From: Caldicoprobacterales bacterium
Lineage (GTDB): Bacteria; Bacillota; Clostridia; Caldicoprobacterales; UBA3941
Assembly (NCBI GenBank): GCA_050949255.1
Contig: JBMNFJ010000016.1
Location: 12,665 to 76,664 of the forward strand
Reading direction: 5' to 3'
DNA length: 64,000 bases
Part shown: positions 1-9,388 of the stretch, one piece after another
Layout of the letters: every line of letters begins with the position of its first letter
Numbering within the stretch: the first letter of the stretch is position 1
Program-made: the position numbers and the translations under genes
The notes under the pieces: generated by a model
What the model was told of the DNA's origin: nothing
The model's input: only the letters and a program-made list of their open reading frames with translations
Databases searched by the model: none

Positions 1-1
1 G

Positions 2-1252
2 GAAGAATTGGTAGAGTCCCTGGAACGACCCAGACGGATAATGTTAATGATAAAAGCGGGTTCGCCAGTGGATTCCACCATTACATCACTATTGCCACTA
101 CTGGAAGAAGGGGATATAATAATAGATGGCGGTAATTCCTATTTTAAGGATACCGTTAGGAGGATTTCGGAATTAGAACAAAAGGGAATTCATTATTTAG
201 GTGCGGGCGTTTCAGGGGGAGAGGAAGGAGCCCTGGAAGGTCCCAGTATTATGCCAGGCGGAAGTAGGGAGGCCTGGGAAAGCGTCAAGGAAATACTAAA
301 GGATATATCCGCAAAAGTAGAAGGCAATATTCCATGTTGTGACTATATCGGTCCCGGTGGTTCCGGCCATTATGTAAAGATGGTACATAACGGTATCGAA
401 TACGGAGATATGCAGCTTATTAGCGAGGCCTATTATTTTATGAAGGAATACCTTGGTATGTCGGCTCTCGAAATGAAAGACGTATTTGAGGAATGGAACA
501 AGGGAGAATTGAACTCTTATCTGATTGAGATAACTGCACATATATTGGGGAAAGTGGACGAGGAAACCGGGAAGCCTTTGGTAGACGTTATCTTAGATAA
601 GGCAGGTAATAAAGGGACTGGCAAATGGACATCCCAGGAAGCCTTGGAGTTAGGTGCAGTCGCCCCTACAATTGCCGATGCCGTGTTCGCAAGATATCTG
701 TCAGCCCTTAAAGAGGAGCGGGTAAAAGCCTCCAAGGTGTTAGAAGGTCCACAACCGAGTTTAGATGGTACACCTACTGATAAAGAACAATTGATTCGGG
801 ATTTAGGCGGAGCCCTCTTAGCATCTAAAATCTGTTCCTATGCACAAGGGTTTCAACTGCTGAAAAATGCATCGGATACTTATGAATGGGAGCTAAAACT
901 AGGTGATATTGCCCTACTATGGAGGGAAGGGTGTATCATAAGGGCCCAATTCTTAAACAAGATAAAGGAGGCCTACGATAGAAATCCAGATTTAGAGAAT
1001 CTAATGCTTGACTCCTATTTCAGTGAGGTCTTACATAGAGCGCAGAAGGGATGGAGAAGGGTTATTGGCCTGGCGGTTGAAAACGGTATACCTGTATCAT
1101 CCTTTAGTTCGGCGCTGGCCTATTTCGATGGATATAGAAGAGAGACCCTGCCTGCTAATATGATTCAGGCACAGAGGGATTATTTTGGTGCCCATACCTA
1201 TGAACGCATTGATAAGGAAGGCATATTCCATACAGATTGGTTAAAAGCCTAG
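2..1252 (+). CDS. gnd: 6-phosphogluconate dehydrogenase (decarboxylating); 5' end cut by window edge
   Basis: The frame stays open to base 2 with no start codon. The translation ([62 protein letters not shown]) is the classic 6PGDH pattern. Confidence 0.95.
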   Translation, partial: EELVESLERPRRIMLMIKAGSPVDSTITSLLPLLEEGDIIIDGGNSYFKDTVRRISELEQKGIHYLGAGVSGGEEGALEGPSIMPGGSREAWESVKEILKDISAKVEGNIPCCDYIGPGGSGHYVKMVHNGIEYGDMQLISEAYYFMKEYLGMSALEMKDVFEEWNKGELNSYLIEITAHILGKVDEETGKPLVDVILDKAGNKGTGKWTSQEALELGAVAPTIADAVFARYLSALKEERVKASKVLEGPQPSLDGTPTDKEQLIRDLGGALLASKICSYAQGFQLLKNASDTYEWELKLGDIALLWREGCIIRAQFLNKIKEAYDRNPDLENLMLDSYFSEVLHRAQKGWRRVIGLAVENGIPVSSFSSALAYFDGYRRETLPANMIQAQRDYFGAHTYERIDKEGIFHTDWLKA

Positions 1253-1303
1253 GAATATAACTTTTTCACCGTAATACGATTATGACATCAAAGGGGTGTA
1301 AGG

Positions 1304-2746
1304 TTGAATATTCTTGCATTAGAGGCGAGCACTTCATCAGCTAAAGCTGTTATCTATTCAGATACTAAAGGAATTATTGCAGCCCGGGATCGGGCATATG
1401 ATCCAAATATAAGTAATGTGGTAACCCAGGATCCGGACGGTATATACAGGGCGCTGTTGGATTGTGGCGGCTCCCTGTTAGAATCCCACGGTAAGGATAT
1501 CCAAGGGGAAATCGATGCCATAGCTCTTTGCAGCACATGGCACAGCCTGTTAATTACCGATAAACAGGGTAAACCTGTTGATAGGATTCTCACTTGGGCT
1601 GACAACCGTTCAGCGGATATTGTTAACAGGTACAAGAAGGATACTGGGTTGGTAAATGATATCTATAAAAGGACAGGGTGTCCGGCCCATACCAATTTTC
1701 CCCTTTGGAAATGGATGCACTTTAAAGAAAATTGCGATATAGATACTACCTCCCTCCGTCTATCGTCCCAGTCTGATTACATATTCAAACGCATGACCGG
1801 AGATTGGGGGGTGTCACGTAGTGTAGCATCAGGCAGCGGTTTTTTGAACATCCATACTTTAGATTGGGATGAACATATTCTGGAATTTGCAGGTTTGGCC
1901 GCAGAGCAATTAGCTCCCTTACAGGATCCGGAATATACGGCTCCATTAGGGGCAGAAGCGGCCGAAGCGTTAAACGTAAGGGAAGGGATACCCGTGGTTA
2001 TTACCGGCCCTGACGGAGCGCTAAATCAGGTAGGCGCAGGGGCCATGGGTGAAGGGGTCATGACCATGTCTGTAGGTACCAGCGGGGCAATCCGAATGGC
2101 CACAGACAACCCTATATTGCCCGAGGTGCCATCAACCTGGTGCTACTATATTGCAGAGGGAAAAAGGCTGGCAGGGGCTGCTACATCCGGTGCCGGAAAT
2201 TGTGTCAACTGGTTCGTTAAAACCTTAAATAAAAATAAGTATAGCTATGATGACTTAGAGAGTTTCATAGACGAGACAAGGCTCATGGATGCACCAGTAT
2301 TTCTCCCATTTATGTTTGGGGAGCGTTCTCCAGGTTGGGAAGGCTCCAGACTGGGGGGATTTACACAACTTAGCGGCGACCATGGATTGGGACAGCTTTA
2401 TTATGCCGTTTTGGAAGGCATTTTGTTAAACATCTATCAATGCTATGAAATACTTACCCAAGTTGGTGGAGTTCCCCATGATATTAGGATCTCCGGGGGC
2501 ATAGAAAACTCCAAGTTTTGGCTCCAGATGGCAGCGGATATCTTCCAAAGAGAAATACAGACCTTTGATCTGGAGCACTCGTCTACCATGGGTGCCATAG
2601 CCATGGCACTTAAGGTCCTGGGGAGTATGAATTCCCTACAGGAGTTTAAACTAAAACCCAGGGAGACAATTGTCCCAAATAGGGATAAGGCCAAATTCTA
2701 CGAACACAGATTCCAAAAATATTTGGAATGGTACCATAGAGCCTGA
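1304..2746 (+). CDS. gntK: FGGY-family carbohydrate kinase, probable gluconokinase
   Basis: 480-aa ORF with a TTG start just after AAAGGGGTG. FGGY kinase pattern: N-terminal LALEASTSSAKA and C-terminal ISGGIENSKFWLQMAADIF. It lies 51 nt after gnd with no hairpin between, followed by eda and kdgK. Confidence 0.75.
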   Translation: MNILALEASTSSAKAVIYSDTKGIIAARDRAYDPNISNVVTQDPDGIYRALLDCGGSLLESHGKDIQGEIDAIALCSTWHSLLITDKQGKPVDRILTWADNRSADIVNRYKKDTGLVNDIYKRTGCPAHTNFPLWKWMHFKENCDIDTTSLRLSSQSDYIFKRMTGDWGVSRSVASGSGFLNIHTLDWDEHILEFAGLAAEQLAPLQDPEYTAPLGAEAAEALNVREGIPVVITGPDGALNQVGAGAMGEGVMTMSVGTSGAIRMATDNPILPEVPSTWCYYIAEGKRLAGAATSGAGNCVNWFVKTLNKNKYSYDDLESFIDETRLMDAPVFLPFMFGERSPGWEGSRLGGFTQLSGDHGLGQLYYAVLEGILLNIYQCYEILTQVGGVPHDIRISGGIENSKFWLQMAADIFQREIQTFDLEHSSTMGAIAMALKVLGSMNSLQEFKLKPRETIVPNRDKAKFYEHRFQKYLEWYHRA

Positions 2747-2853
2747 GTAGAATAGATAATGGTTTAAGGCTACAGGTATGTCCTATGGTAATGGACCATA
2801 CCGGAGGGCTTTATGATAAACAAAACATCTATTTAGCGAAAGGAGGAGCGGAC

Positions 2854-3498
2854 ATGGATAAGGAACAAATTATAACAAAAATAACCGAAGGTGGTTTAGT
2901 AGCAGTAGTTAGGGCCGAATCCAGTGAGCAAGCCTTTAGGATTACCGAGGCATGTATAAAAGGTGGGGTGGTTGGAATTGAAATCACCTTTACTGTACCT
3001 GGGGCAGATAAACTCATATGGGACCTATCCAACGTATACAAAAACGGCGAGATTGTAATAGGTGCTGGTACGGTAATGGATCCAGAGACGGCCAGAATAG
3101 CTATACTGGCAGGAGCCCAGTATATAGTCAGCCCATACTTAAATCTGGATACCGTGAAACTTTGCAATAGGTATCGCATTCCTTGTATGCCAGGTGCTAT
3201 GTCCATCAAGGAAGTAGTAGAAGCTATGGAAGCAGGGGCCGATATAATTAAGATATTCCCTGGTCAAATTCTAGGGCCAAAGGCCATCGGGGCTATTTTA
3301 GGTCCCATTCCCTATGCCAAGCTAATGCCTACCGGAGGGGTAGATCTGGATAACGTCGCCGATTGGATCAAGGCCGGTGCGGTAGCTGTTGGTGCGGGCG
3401 GATCTCTAACCCGTGGCGCTAAGACCGGGGATTATGATGCCATTGTCGAAACAGCCAAACAATTTATTGCAAAAATAAACGAGGCCAGGGGCTTGTAA
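2854..3498 (+). CDS. eda: KDPG/KHG aldolase
   Basis: ATG 2854 is preceded by AGGAGG (2841-2846); the upstream in-frame ATG 2785 has no RBS. Motifs GGLVAVVRA, GIEITFTVPGA, IKIFPG and MPTGGV are typical of Eda. Confidence 0.9.
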   Translation: MDKEQIITKITEGGLVAVVRAESSEQAFRITEACIKGGVVGIEITFTVPGADKLIWDLSNVYKNGEIVIGAGTVMDPETARIAILAGAQYIVSPYLNLDTVKLCNRYRIPCMPGAMSIKEVVEAMEAGADIIKIFPGQILGPKAIGAILGPIPYAKLMPTGGVDLDNVADWIKAGAVAVGAGGSLTRGAKTGDYDAIVETAKQFIAKINEARGL

Positions 3499-3599
3499 TC
3501 GGTATAGGATATTACTTCCCTTAATGTCTCTAACATGACCAATGAGCTTTTGTAAGAATTTATGCTAATCATATCTTAATATAAAAGAGGGGGATATTT

Positions 3600-4625
3600 A
3601 TGCCTAAAAGAGTTGTTACTTTTGGAGAAATCATGCTTCGACTATCACCACCGGAATATCAGCGTTTTGTGCAAGCAGATACCTTTGAAGTCGTCTACGG
3701 CGGCGGTGAAGCCAATGTAGCTGTATCCCTTGCCAACTTTGGATTGGATGCGGCCTATGTAACAAAACTACCCGATAATCCTATCGGAGACGCAGCTGTT
3801 AACGAATTGAGAAGGTATGGTGTGGATACCAGGTTTATTGCCAGGGGCGGTGACCGGATAGGGATCTATTATTGTGAGAAGGGCGCCTCGGTAAGGCCGT
3901 CAAAGGTTGTGTACGATAGGGCTCATTCCTCAATCGCCGAAGCCAAGCCCGGAGATATCGACTGGAGAGGAGCCTTTGAAGGGGCTGAATGGTTCCACTT
4001 CACCGGAATTACCCCTGCCCTTGGAGATAATGTAGCAGAGCTGACAGAGGAAGCCTGTAAAATTGCAAAGGAGATGGGGTTAACCATTAGTTGCGACCTG
4101 AATTACAGGAAAAAGCTATGGTCCACCGAGAAGGCCGGTAAGGTAATGGGTAAGCTGATGGAATATGTAGACATCGTTGTTGCCAATGAAGAGGATGCAG
4201 AAAAGGTATTTGGAATTAAGGCTGCCGATACCGATGTCACAACCGGTGAATTGGATTTGGCAGGATACAAGTACGTTGCAAAAGAATTGATGGAACGGTT
4301 TAACCTTGAGATTGTTACCATTACCTTGAGGGAGAGCCTATCGGCTTCAGACAATAACTGGTCAGCAATGCTCTACGATGGAAACGAATATCTATTCTCA
4401 AAGAAATATGAACTGCATATAGTGGATAGGGTCGGAGGAGGGGACTCCTTCGGAGCAGGACTTATCTATTCACTAATAACCGGAAAAGATAACAGGGATG
4501 CATTGGAATTTGCAGTTGCTGCTTCAGCACTTAAACACACCATAATTGGCGACGCAAACCATGTGTCCGTTGATGAAGTCGAAACCCTAAAGGGCGGCGA
4601 CGCATCAGGAAGGGTACAGAGGTAA
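3600..4625 (+). CDS. kdgK: 2-dehydro-3-deoxygluconokinase (PfkB family)
   Basis: VVTFGEIMLRLSP N-terminus, GGGEANVAVSLA, and the C-terminal VDRVGGGDSFGAGLIY ribokinase-like signature. RBS is AGAGGGGG. Confidence 0.9.
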   Translation: MPKRVVTFGEIMLRLSPPEYQRFVQADTFEVVYGGGEANVAVSLANFGLDAAYVTKLPDNPIGDAAVNELRRYGVDTRFIARGGDRIGIYYCEKGASVRPSKVVYDRAHSSIAEAKPGDIDWRGAFEGAEWFHFTGITPALGDNVAELTEEACKIAKEMGLTISCDLNYRKKLWSTEKAGKVMGKLMEYVDIVVANEEDAEKVFGIKAADTDVTTGELDLAGYKYVAKELMERFNLEIVTITLRESLSASDNNWSAMLYDGNEYLFSKKYELHIVDRVGGGDSFGAGLIYSLITGKDNRDALEFAVAASALKHTIIGDANHVSVDEVETLKGGDASGRVQR

Positions 4626-4664
4626 GTCATAATAGAAAATTAAATTATTCTATTGTGGTGGGTC

Positions 4665-4730
4665 GGGGGATATCTCTCGCTATTATATGCGGTGAGTGCC
4701 GATTATTTAATAGGAGATGGGGTATCCCCC
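4665..4730 (+). repeat. Extended imperfect hairpin (about 65 nt) in the kdgK-SDR spacer
   Basis: Read directly: GGGGGATA-TCTC...GAGA-tgggg-TATCCCCC closing stem, with inner CTATTA/TAATAG and CGG/CCG pairs. No U-tract follows. Confidence 0.6.
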
Positions 4731-4782
4731 TTACCTAGTTGAAACTTTCATATAGCGATTTTCTATATGTTTTAGGCCTTGG

Positions 4783-4840
4783 AAGAAAACCTGGTATGAC
4801 GGACCCCTAAAACTTTTTTAGGAGTAATACCGGTTTTCTT
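4783..4840 (+). repeat. Second extended hairpin in the same spacer
   Basis: AAGAAAACCtGGTAT pairs with ATACCGGTTTTCTT. The inner pair is CCTAAAA/TTTTAGG. Read directly. Confidence 0.6.
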
Positions 4841-5105
4841 GTCATGACTGGTTAATTTCAACGGTTGTGATAATGAATATAAACCCATATCAAACAAGAT
4901 CAAATTGGAGTGTTTAATAGCCTATTAGTATTACTATTAGCTGAGAATGAAGGTTCTTTTTATCAACGTCAATGAAACTATCCTAAGATTCTATTCCATA
5001 ACTTAACACAAGGGACTAAACCGGTAGTATAGATTTTGTAGATACAAGTCATATTTAATACTGATTCTAAGTGCTATTTATAAGTATTGAGAGGGGGACA
5101 TCAAA

Positions 5106-5915
5106 ATGTCAGTAAAAAAGGCGTTTGTGACGGGAGGAAGCAGGGGTATTGGCAGAGGAATTGCATGGGTATTGGCAAAGGCAGGTTATGATGTAGCTAT
5201 AACCTATAACTCTCAAAAGGAAGAAGCACAGTCCTTGGCGGCAGAAATAGAAGCCATGGGGAGAAAATGTTTCTATTACCAGGCCAGCCTGGAAAGGGCA
5301 GACGTACCGGAGGCTGTTACAGCTAAGGCTATAGAGGATCTGGGGGGCATAGATCTGCTGGTTTGCAACGCCGGCTTAACCAGAAAACACAGCTTGCTGA
5401 CCATGAGTGCCGACCAAATAGATTTTCTCTATGGACTCAATTATAGGAGCTACTTATTATGCTCCAAGGTTGCGGCAAACTATATGGTGGAAAACAAGAT
5501 CAAGGGTAATATCATCTTTATTGCTTCTACGAGGGGTATACGCTCCTATCCCGATGATTCCATCTATGGTTCGTTAAAGGCAGCGCTTATCCGTGGGGTC
5601 GAATCCCTGGCCTTGGAGATGTCTCAATACGGCATAAGGGTTAACTGTGTTGCACCGGGTGCTACCGCTATTCGAGGGAACTTTACCCATGAGGAACTGA
5701 CCTCAAGCAATGTTGCCAAGAAGATACCCTTGGGTAGGTTTGGTACTCCTAAAGAGGTAGGATATCTGGTTGAATTTTTAGCTTCTACCAAAGCGGACTA
5801 TATAACCGGTGCTACCATTAAAATCGATGGCGGCCTTATCCTGCCGGGTATGCCCGAGGACAATTCCGAGGATGCCGGCTATGGCTGGTCAAGGATGAGA
5901 AGAACCGTTTGGTAG
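5106..5915 (+). CDS. Short-chain dehydrogenase/reductase (SDR) family oxidoreductase
   Basis: TGGSRGIGRGIA cofactor motif, NAG, and the YGSLK (YxxxK) catalytic motif. RBS is GAGGGGG. Confidence 0.85.
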   Translation: MSVKKAFVTGGSRGIGRGIAWVLAKAGYDVAITYNSQKEEAQSLAAEIEAMGRKCFYYQASLERADVPEAVTAKAIEDLGGIDLLVCNAGLTRKHSLLTMSADQIDFLYGLNYRSYLLCSKVAANYMVENKIKGNIIFIASTRGIRSYPDDSIYGSLKAALIRGVESLALEMSQYGIRVNCVAPGATAIRGNFTHEELTSSNVAKKIPLGRFGTPKEVGYLVEFLASTKADYITGATIKIDGGLILPGMPEDNSEDAGYGWSRMRRTVW

Positions 5916-5930
5916 AAAGGGGATACAGGC

Positions 5931-6710
5931 ATGAGAGGGTTGCTAAGGAGATTCAAGCAGTCCTTAAGGGATGGAGAGTGTGTTATTGGTCCCTTTATGA
6001 AAACATGTGATCCGGCCTTCGTAGAAGTGGCGGGTTACGCAGGGTTTGACTTTGCCATTCTGGATATGGAACATGGTCCTATATCCGTAAAGGAAATGGA
6101 AAATAATATTCGCGCCGCCATAATATCCGAACTTGTTCCCATAGTAAGGGTACCGGATTCCAGCGAGACCAGTATTGGAAAAGCTCTGGATATTGGTGCC
6201 ATGGGGGTACAAGTACCCCAGATACAGAATGCCCGGCAGGCGGGGGAAGTTATCCAAAGGGCTAAGTTCTCTCCCAAAGGCGAACGAGGCCTATGCCGCT
6301 TCGTTAGGGCAGCAAACTACTCTGCTCTAGATCGATATGAGTACTTTGAAACAGCTAATGAGACCTTGGTTATTCTGCAGTTGGAGGGACAGGAGGCCAT
6401 GGATAACCTGGATGAGATCCTGGAGGTAGAGGGAATAGACGTCCTGTTTATCGGGCCCTATGACCTATCCCAATCCCTGGGTATCCCCGGGGATGTTACA
6501 AATCCCAAGGTAATAGAACAGATGGAATACATTGTAAATAAAGCCAAAGCAAATGGTATAGTGGTGGGTACTTTTATTGACGAACCGGATTCGGTGGATT
6601 TTTGGAAGCAGGGCGGAGTACAATACTTCTCCTATTCGGTAGATGTAGGTATATTTTTAGACGCATGTAAAAATATCGTAGGATATTTGCGACCCAAAGA
6701 GGAGGTATAA
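5931..6710 (+). CDS. HpcH/HpaI-family 2-keto-3-deoxy-sugar-acid aldolase
   Basis: FVEVAGYAGFDFAILDMEHGP, RVP, and the QVPQI...FSPKGERG pattern of class II HpcH/HpaI aldolases. It starts 15 nt after the SDR gene. Confidence 0.8.
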   Translation: MRGLLRRFKQSLRDGECVIGPFMKTCDPAFVEVAGYAGFDFAILDMEHGPISVKEMENNIRAAIISELVPIVRVPDSSETSIGKALDIGAMGVQVPQIQNARQAGEVIQRAKFSPKGERGLCRFVRAANYSALDRYEYFETANETLVILQLEGQEAMDNLDEILEVEGIDVLFIGPYDLSQSLGIPGDVTNPKVIEQMEYIVNKAKANGIVVGTFIDEPDSVDFWKQGGVQYFSYSVDVGIFLDACKNIVGYLRPKEEV

Positions 6711-6712
6711 TT

Positions 6713-7915
6713 ATGTCCAAAATAACAATAAGAAATGTAAAAGCGATACTAACGGCGCCGGCTGGTATCAATCTGATAGTCGTGAAGGTAGAAACCAGCG
6801 AACCGGGACTATATGGGCTTGGATGTGCTACTTTTGCCTATAGAGAGAAGCTGGTAGCATCTATGGTAGAGGACTATTTGGATCCCCTGTTAAAGGGCAG
6901 GGATGTCTCTAACATAGAGGATCTATGGCATCTGATGAACAACAACTCCTACTGGAGAAACGGACCGGTAACCAACAATGCAATTTCAGGGGTCGATATG
7001 GCCTTATGGGATATCAAGGGTAAATTGGCCAATATGCCCCTCTATGATCTTTTAGGTGGTAAATCAAGGGAAGGCGTTGCAGTCTATCGTCATGCAGACG
7101 GTAAAGATCTTGATACCATTACTGAGAATGTTCAAAAATTTATGGATCAGAATATCAGGCACATAAGGATACAATGGGGCGGATACGGTGGAGATGCAAA
7201 AGCCCTTAACAAGCCGGCAGGTGCTCCGGATGGCATATACTATTGTCCTGATCAGTACATAAGGAATACCATAAAGCTCTTTGAGCATGTCCGAGGCAAG
7301 TTGGGAGACCAGGTTGAACTGTTGCACGATGTTCATGAAAGGATCCCGCCCATCGATGCAATCAGATTAGCTAAGGCTCTGGAACCTTATAGGCTGTTTT
7401 TCTTAGAGGACGTACTATCTCCTGAGCAGGGAGACTGGCTTAAAATATTGCGTCAACAGAGTTGCACTCCCATTGCAATAGGTGAGCTTTACAACAACCC
7501 CAAAGAGTGGGATTATTTAATATACAATAGACTTATAGATTTTATCAGGGTTCATATCAGTCAGATAGGCGGAATAACCCCTGCCAGAAAACTGGCCATC
7601 TTCTGTGAACAATTCGGCATAAGAACCGCCTGGCATGGTCCGGGAGACGTTTCACCGGTGGGTCATGCAGCCAACGTACATTTAGATCTGGTATCCCATA
7701 ACTTTGGTATTCAAGAGTGGGCCGGTATATCCGAGACCCTCCACGAAGTCTTCCCCGGCAGTCCGATTCTCAAAGACGGATATGTTTATGCCAATGATAA
7801 GCCGGGATTGGGAATTGACATTAATGAGGAATTAGCTGCTAAGTATCCATGTCAGACAAGGGTAACCCAATGGACCCAGACTAGATTGCCCGACGGAACT
7901 CTCTATACTCCTTAA
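6713..7915 (+). CDS. Enolase-superfamily sugar-acid dehydratase, D-mannonate dehydratase (ManD/RspA) subgroup
   Basis: N-terminus LIVVKVETSEPGLYGLGCATF...YWRNGPVTNNAISGVDMALWDIKGKLANMPLYDLLGG closely follows the ManD/RspA pattern. It starts 2 nt after the aldolase stop. Confidence 0.85.
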   Translation: MSKITIRNVKAILTAPAGINLIVVKVETSEPGLYGLGCATFAYREKLVASMVEDYLDPLLKGRDVSNIEDLWHLMNNNSYWRNGPVTNNAISGVDMALWDIKGKLANMPLYDLLGGKSREGVAVYRHADGKDLDTITENVQKFMDQNIRHIRIQWGGYGGDAKALNKPAGAPDGIYYCPDQYIRNTIKLFEHVRGKLGDQVELLHDVHERIPPIDAIRLAKALEPYRLFFLEDVLSPEQGDWLKILRQQSCTPIAIGELYNNPKEWDYLIYNRLIDFIRVHISQIGGITPARKLAIFCEQFGIRTAWHGPGDVSPVGHAANVHLDLVSHNFGIQEWAGISETLHEVFPGSPILKDGYVYANDKPGLGIDINEELAAKYPCQTRVTQWTQTRLPDGTLYTP

Positions 7916-7940
7916 TATTAATCTTGTGGAGGCGATGACT

Positions 7941-8936
7941 ATGAAAATTCTAGTCACAATGCCAAAATCTGGAGTCAGGGACGGTTTCTTTCCTTCCCGG
8001 GTAGTAAAAAAGTTAGAATCAATTGGAGAAGTTAAGTGGAATGAGACTTCGAATAATTTCAGCCCTGGGGAATTAAAGGAAAGGATTAAAGATGTAGAAG
8101 TCTGCATAGCTGGGTGGGGCAGTGCCAGATTTGATGAAGAAGTATTAAAAGATGCCAACAGGCTTAAGGTCATTGCCTATACCGGTGGATCCGTAGCCAA
8201 CATCGTAAGCGATTATCTCTATGATAAGGGTATTACCGTACTAAGCGGAAATGAAATCTATGCGGAATCGGTAGCTGAGGGTGTTCTCACTTATATCCTC
8301 ACCTCCTTGAGAAGGGTAATCTACTTTCAGAACCAGATCTTAGAGGGGAATTGGCCCCCGACGGAAGCATGGGACGAAGGAATTTTGGATCAAAGCATTG
8401 GGCTTATAGGATTTGGAGCGGTAGCAAGATATCTTGTAAGAATGCTGGAGCCCTTTAGGGTAAAGATATACGCCTATGACCCTTATGTGGACGATGAAGT
8501 CCTTCATAGCTATGGGGTGGAAAGGGCCAGCATGGATGAGATCTTTTCAAATTGCAAGATAATATCCGTCCATGCCGCCAAGACTCCTGAGACCTATCAT
8601 TTAGTAGGTAAGAAACACCTGGAATCCATCCAGGATGGGGGACTTTTTGTCAATACAGCCAGGGCCAGCATTGTTGATACTGAAGCCCTTATAGGAGAGC
8701 TTAAGAAAAACAGATTTAATGCGGTAATAGATGTATTTGACGAAGAACCACTACCACCGGATAGTCCATTAATCGGCTTACCCAACGTACTTTTGCAACC
8801 CCATCGGGGGGGACCAACAACCGATAGATGGGAAATTGTCACCTTAAGCCTAATAGAGGATGTCTTAAAGGTATTGGCCGGGGAGAAGGCCCGGCTGGAG
8901 ATAAAAAAAGAATATGCCATGGCCATGACCCAGTAG
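7941..8936 (+). CDS. D-isomer-specific 2-hydroxyacid dehydrogenase family protein
   Basis: GLIGFGAVARYL NAD-binding fold and LLQPHRGGPT catalytic-His region. ATG 7941 sits 8 nt after GGAGG (7928-7932). The ORF-track start at 7926 is too close to, or inside, the RBS. Confidence 0.8.
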   Translation: MKILVTMPKSGVRDGFFPSRVVKKLESIGEVKWNETSNNFSPGELKERIKDVEVCIAGWGSARFDEEVLKDANRLKVIAYTGGSVANIVSDYLYDKGITVLSGNEIYAESVAEGVLTYILTSLRRVIYFQNQILEGNWPPTEAWDEGILDQSIGLIGFGAVARYLVRMLEPFRVKIYAYDPYVDDEVLHSYGVERASMDEIFSNCKIISVHAAKTPETYHLVGKKHLESIQDGGLFVNTARASIVDTEALIGELKKNRFNAVIDVFDEEPLPPDSPLIGLPNVLLQPHRGGPTTDRWEIVTLSLIEDVLKVLAGEKARLEIKKEYAMAMTQ

Positions 8937-8972
8937 TTGGTTCATGGGATTTGTGTTTCCCGATCAGCAATT

Positions 8973-9023
8973 AAAAAGGAGCTGTAGCAAACTGGTTAAT
9001 CAGTCTGGCAACAGCTCCTTTTT
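8973..9023 (+). terminator. Rho-independent terminator after the sugar-acid cluster
   Basis: AAAAAGGAGCTGT ... ACAGCTCCTTTTT: 8-bp GC-containing stem core, large loop, flanking A/T runs. Confidence 0.65.
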
Positions 9024-9203
9024 ATATGGCTTCTATAACTGGGATAACCAGTATTAAAGGGTTAACATAACCAATTGTGTCAGTTCATAATCTTAGGTAA
9101 TGAGCTATTGACAAGCGGATGACTTCATTGATTTGGTTAAGAAAACTTGGCTTATGGAATATAGAAAAGCCTTAGTTTTCTCCAAAGTGATTTCGGAAGT
9201 AGG

Positions 9204-9272
9204 GAAGTTTCAAAAAATACATTACCATTAACCTTTGTTATTTAAAAACTATAATAGATTTTTTGAAACTTC
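9204..9272. repeat. Perfect 15-bp inverted repeat with a 39-nt spacer
   Basis: GAAGTTTCAAAAAAT (9204-9218) and ATTTTTTGAAACTTC (9258-9272), read directly. It lies in the spacer between convergent genes. Confidence 0.7.
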
Positions 9273-9388
9273 AGTATACAGTTACTCTTACGATGTTACA
9301 GAGCGGTCAATAGTCATTAACGGCATATGATTGACTGGCACAACGCGTTAATTTATGAAAGATTTATTCGCTAATAAGAAGTTCCCGC

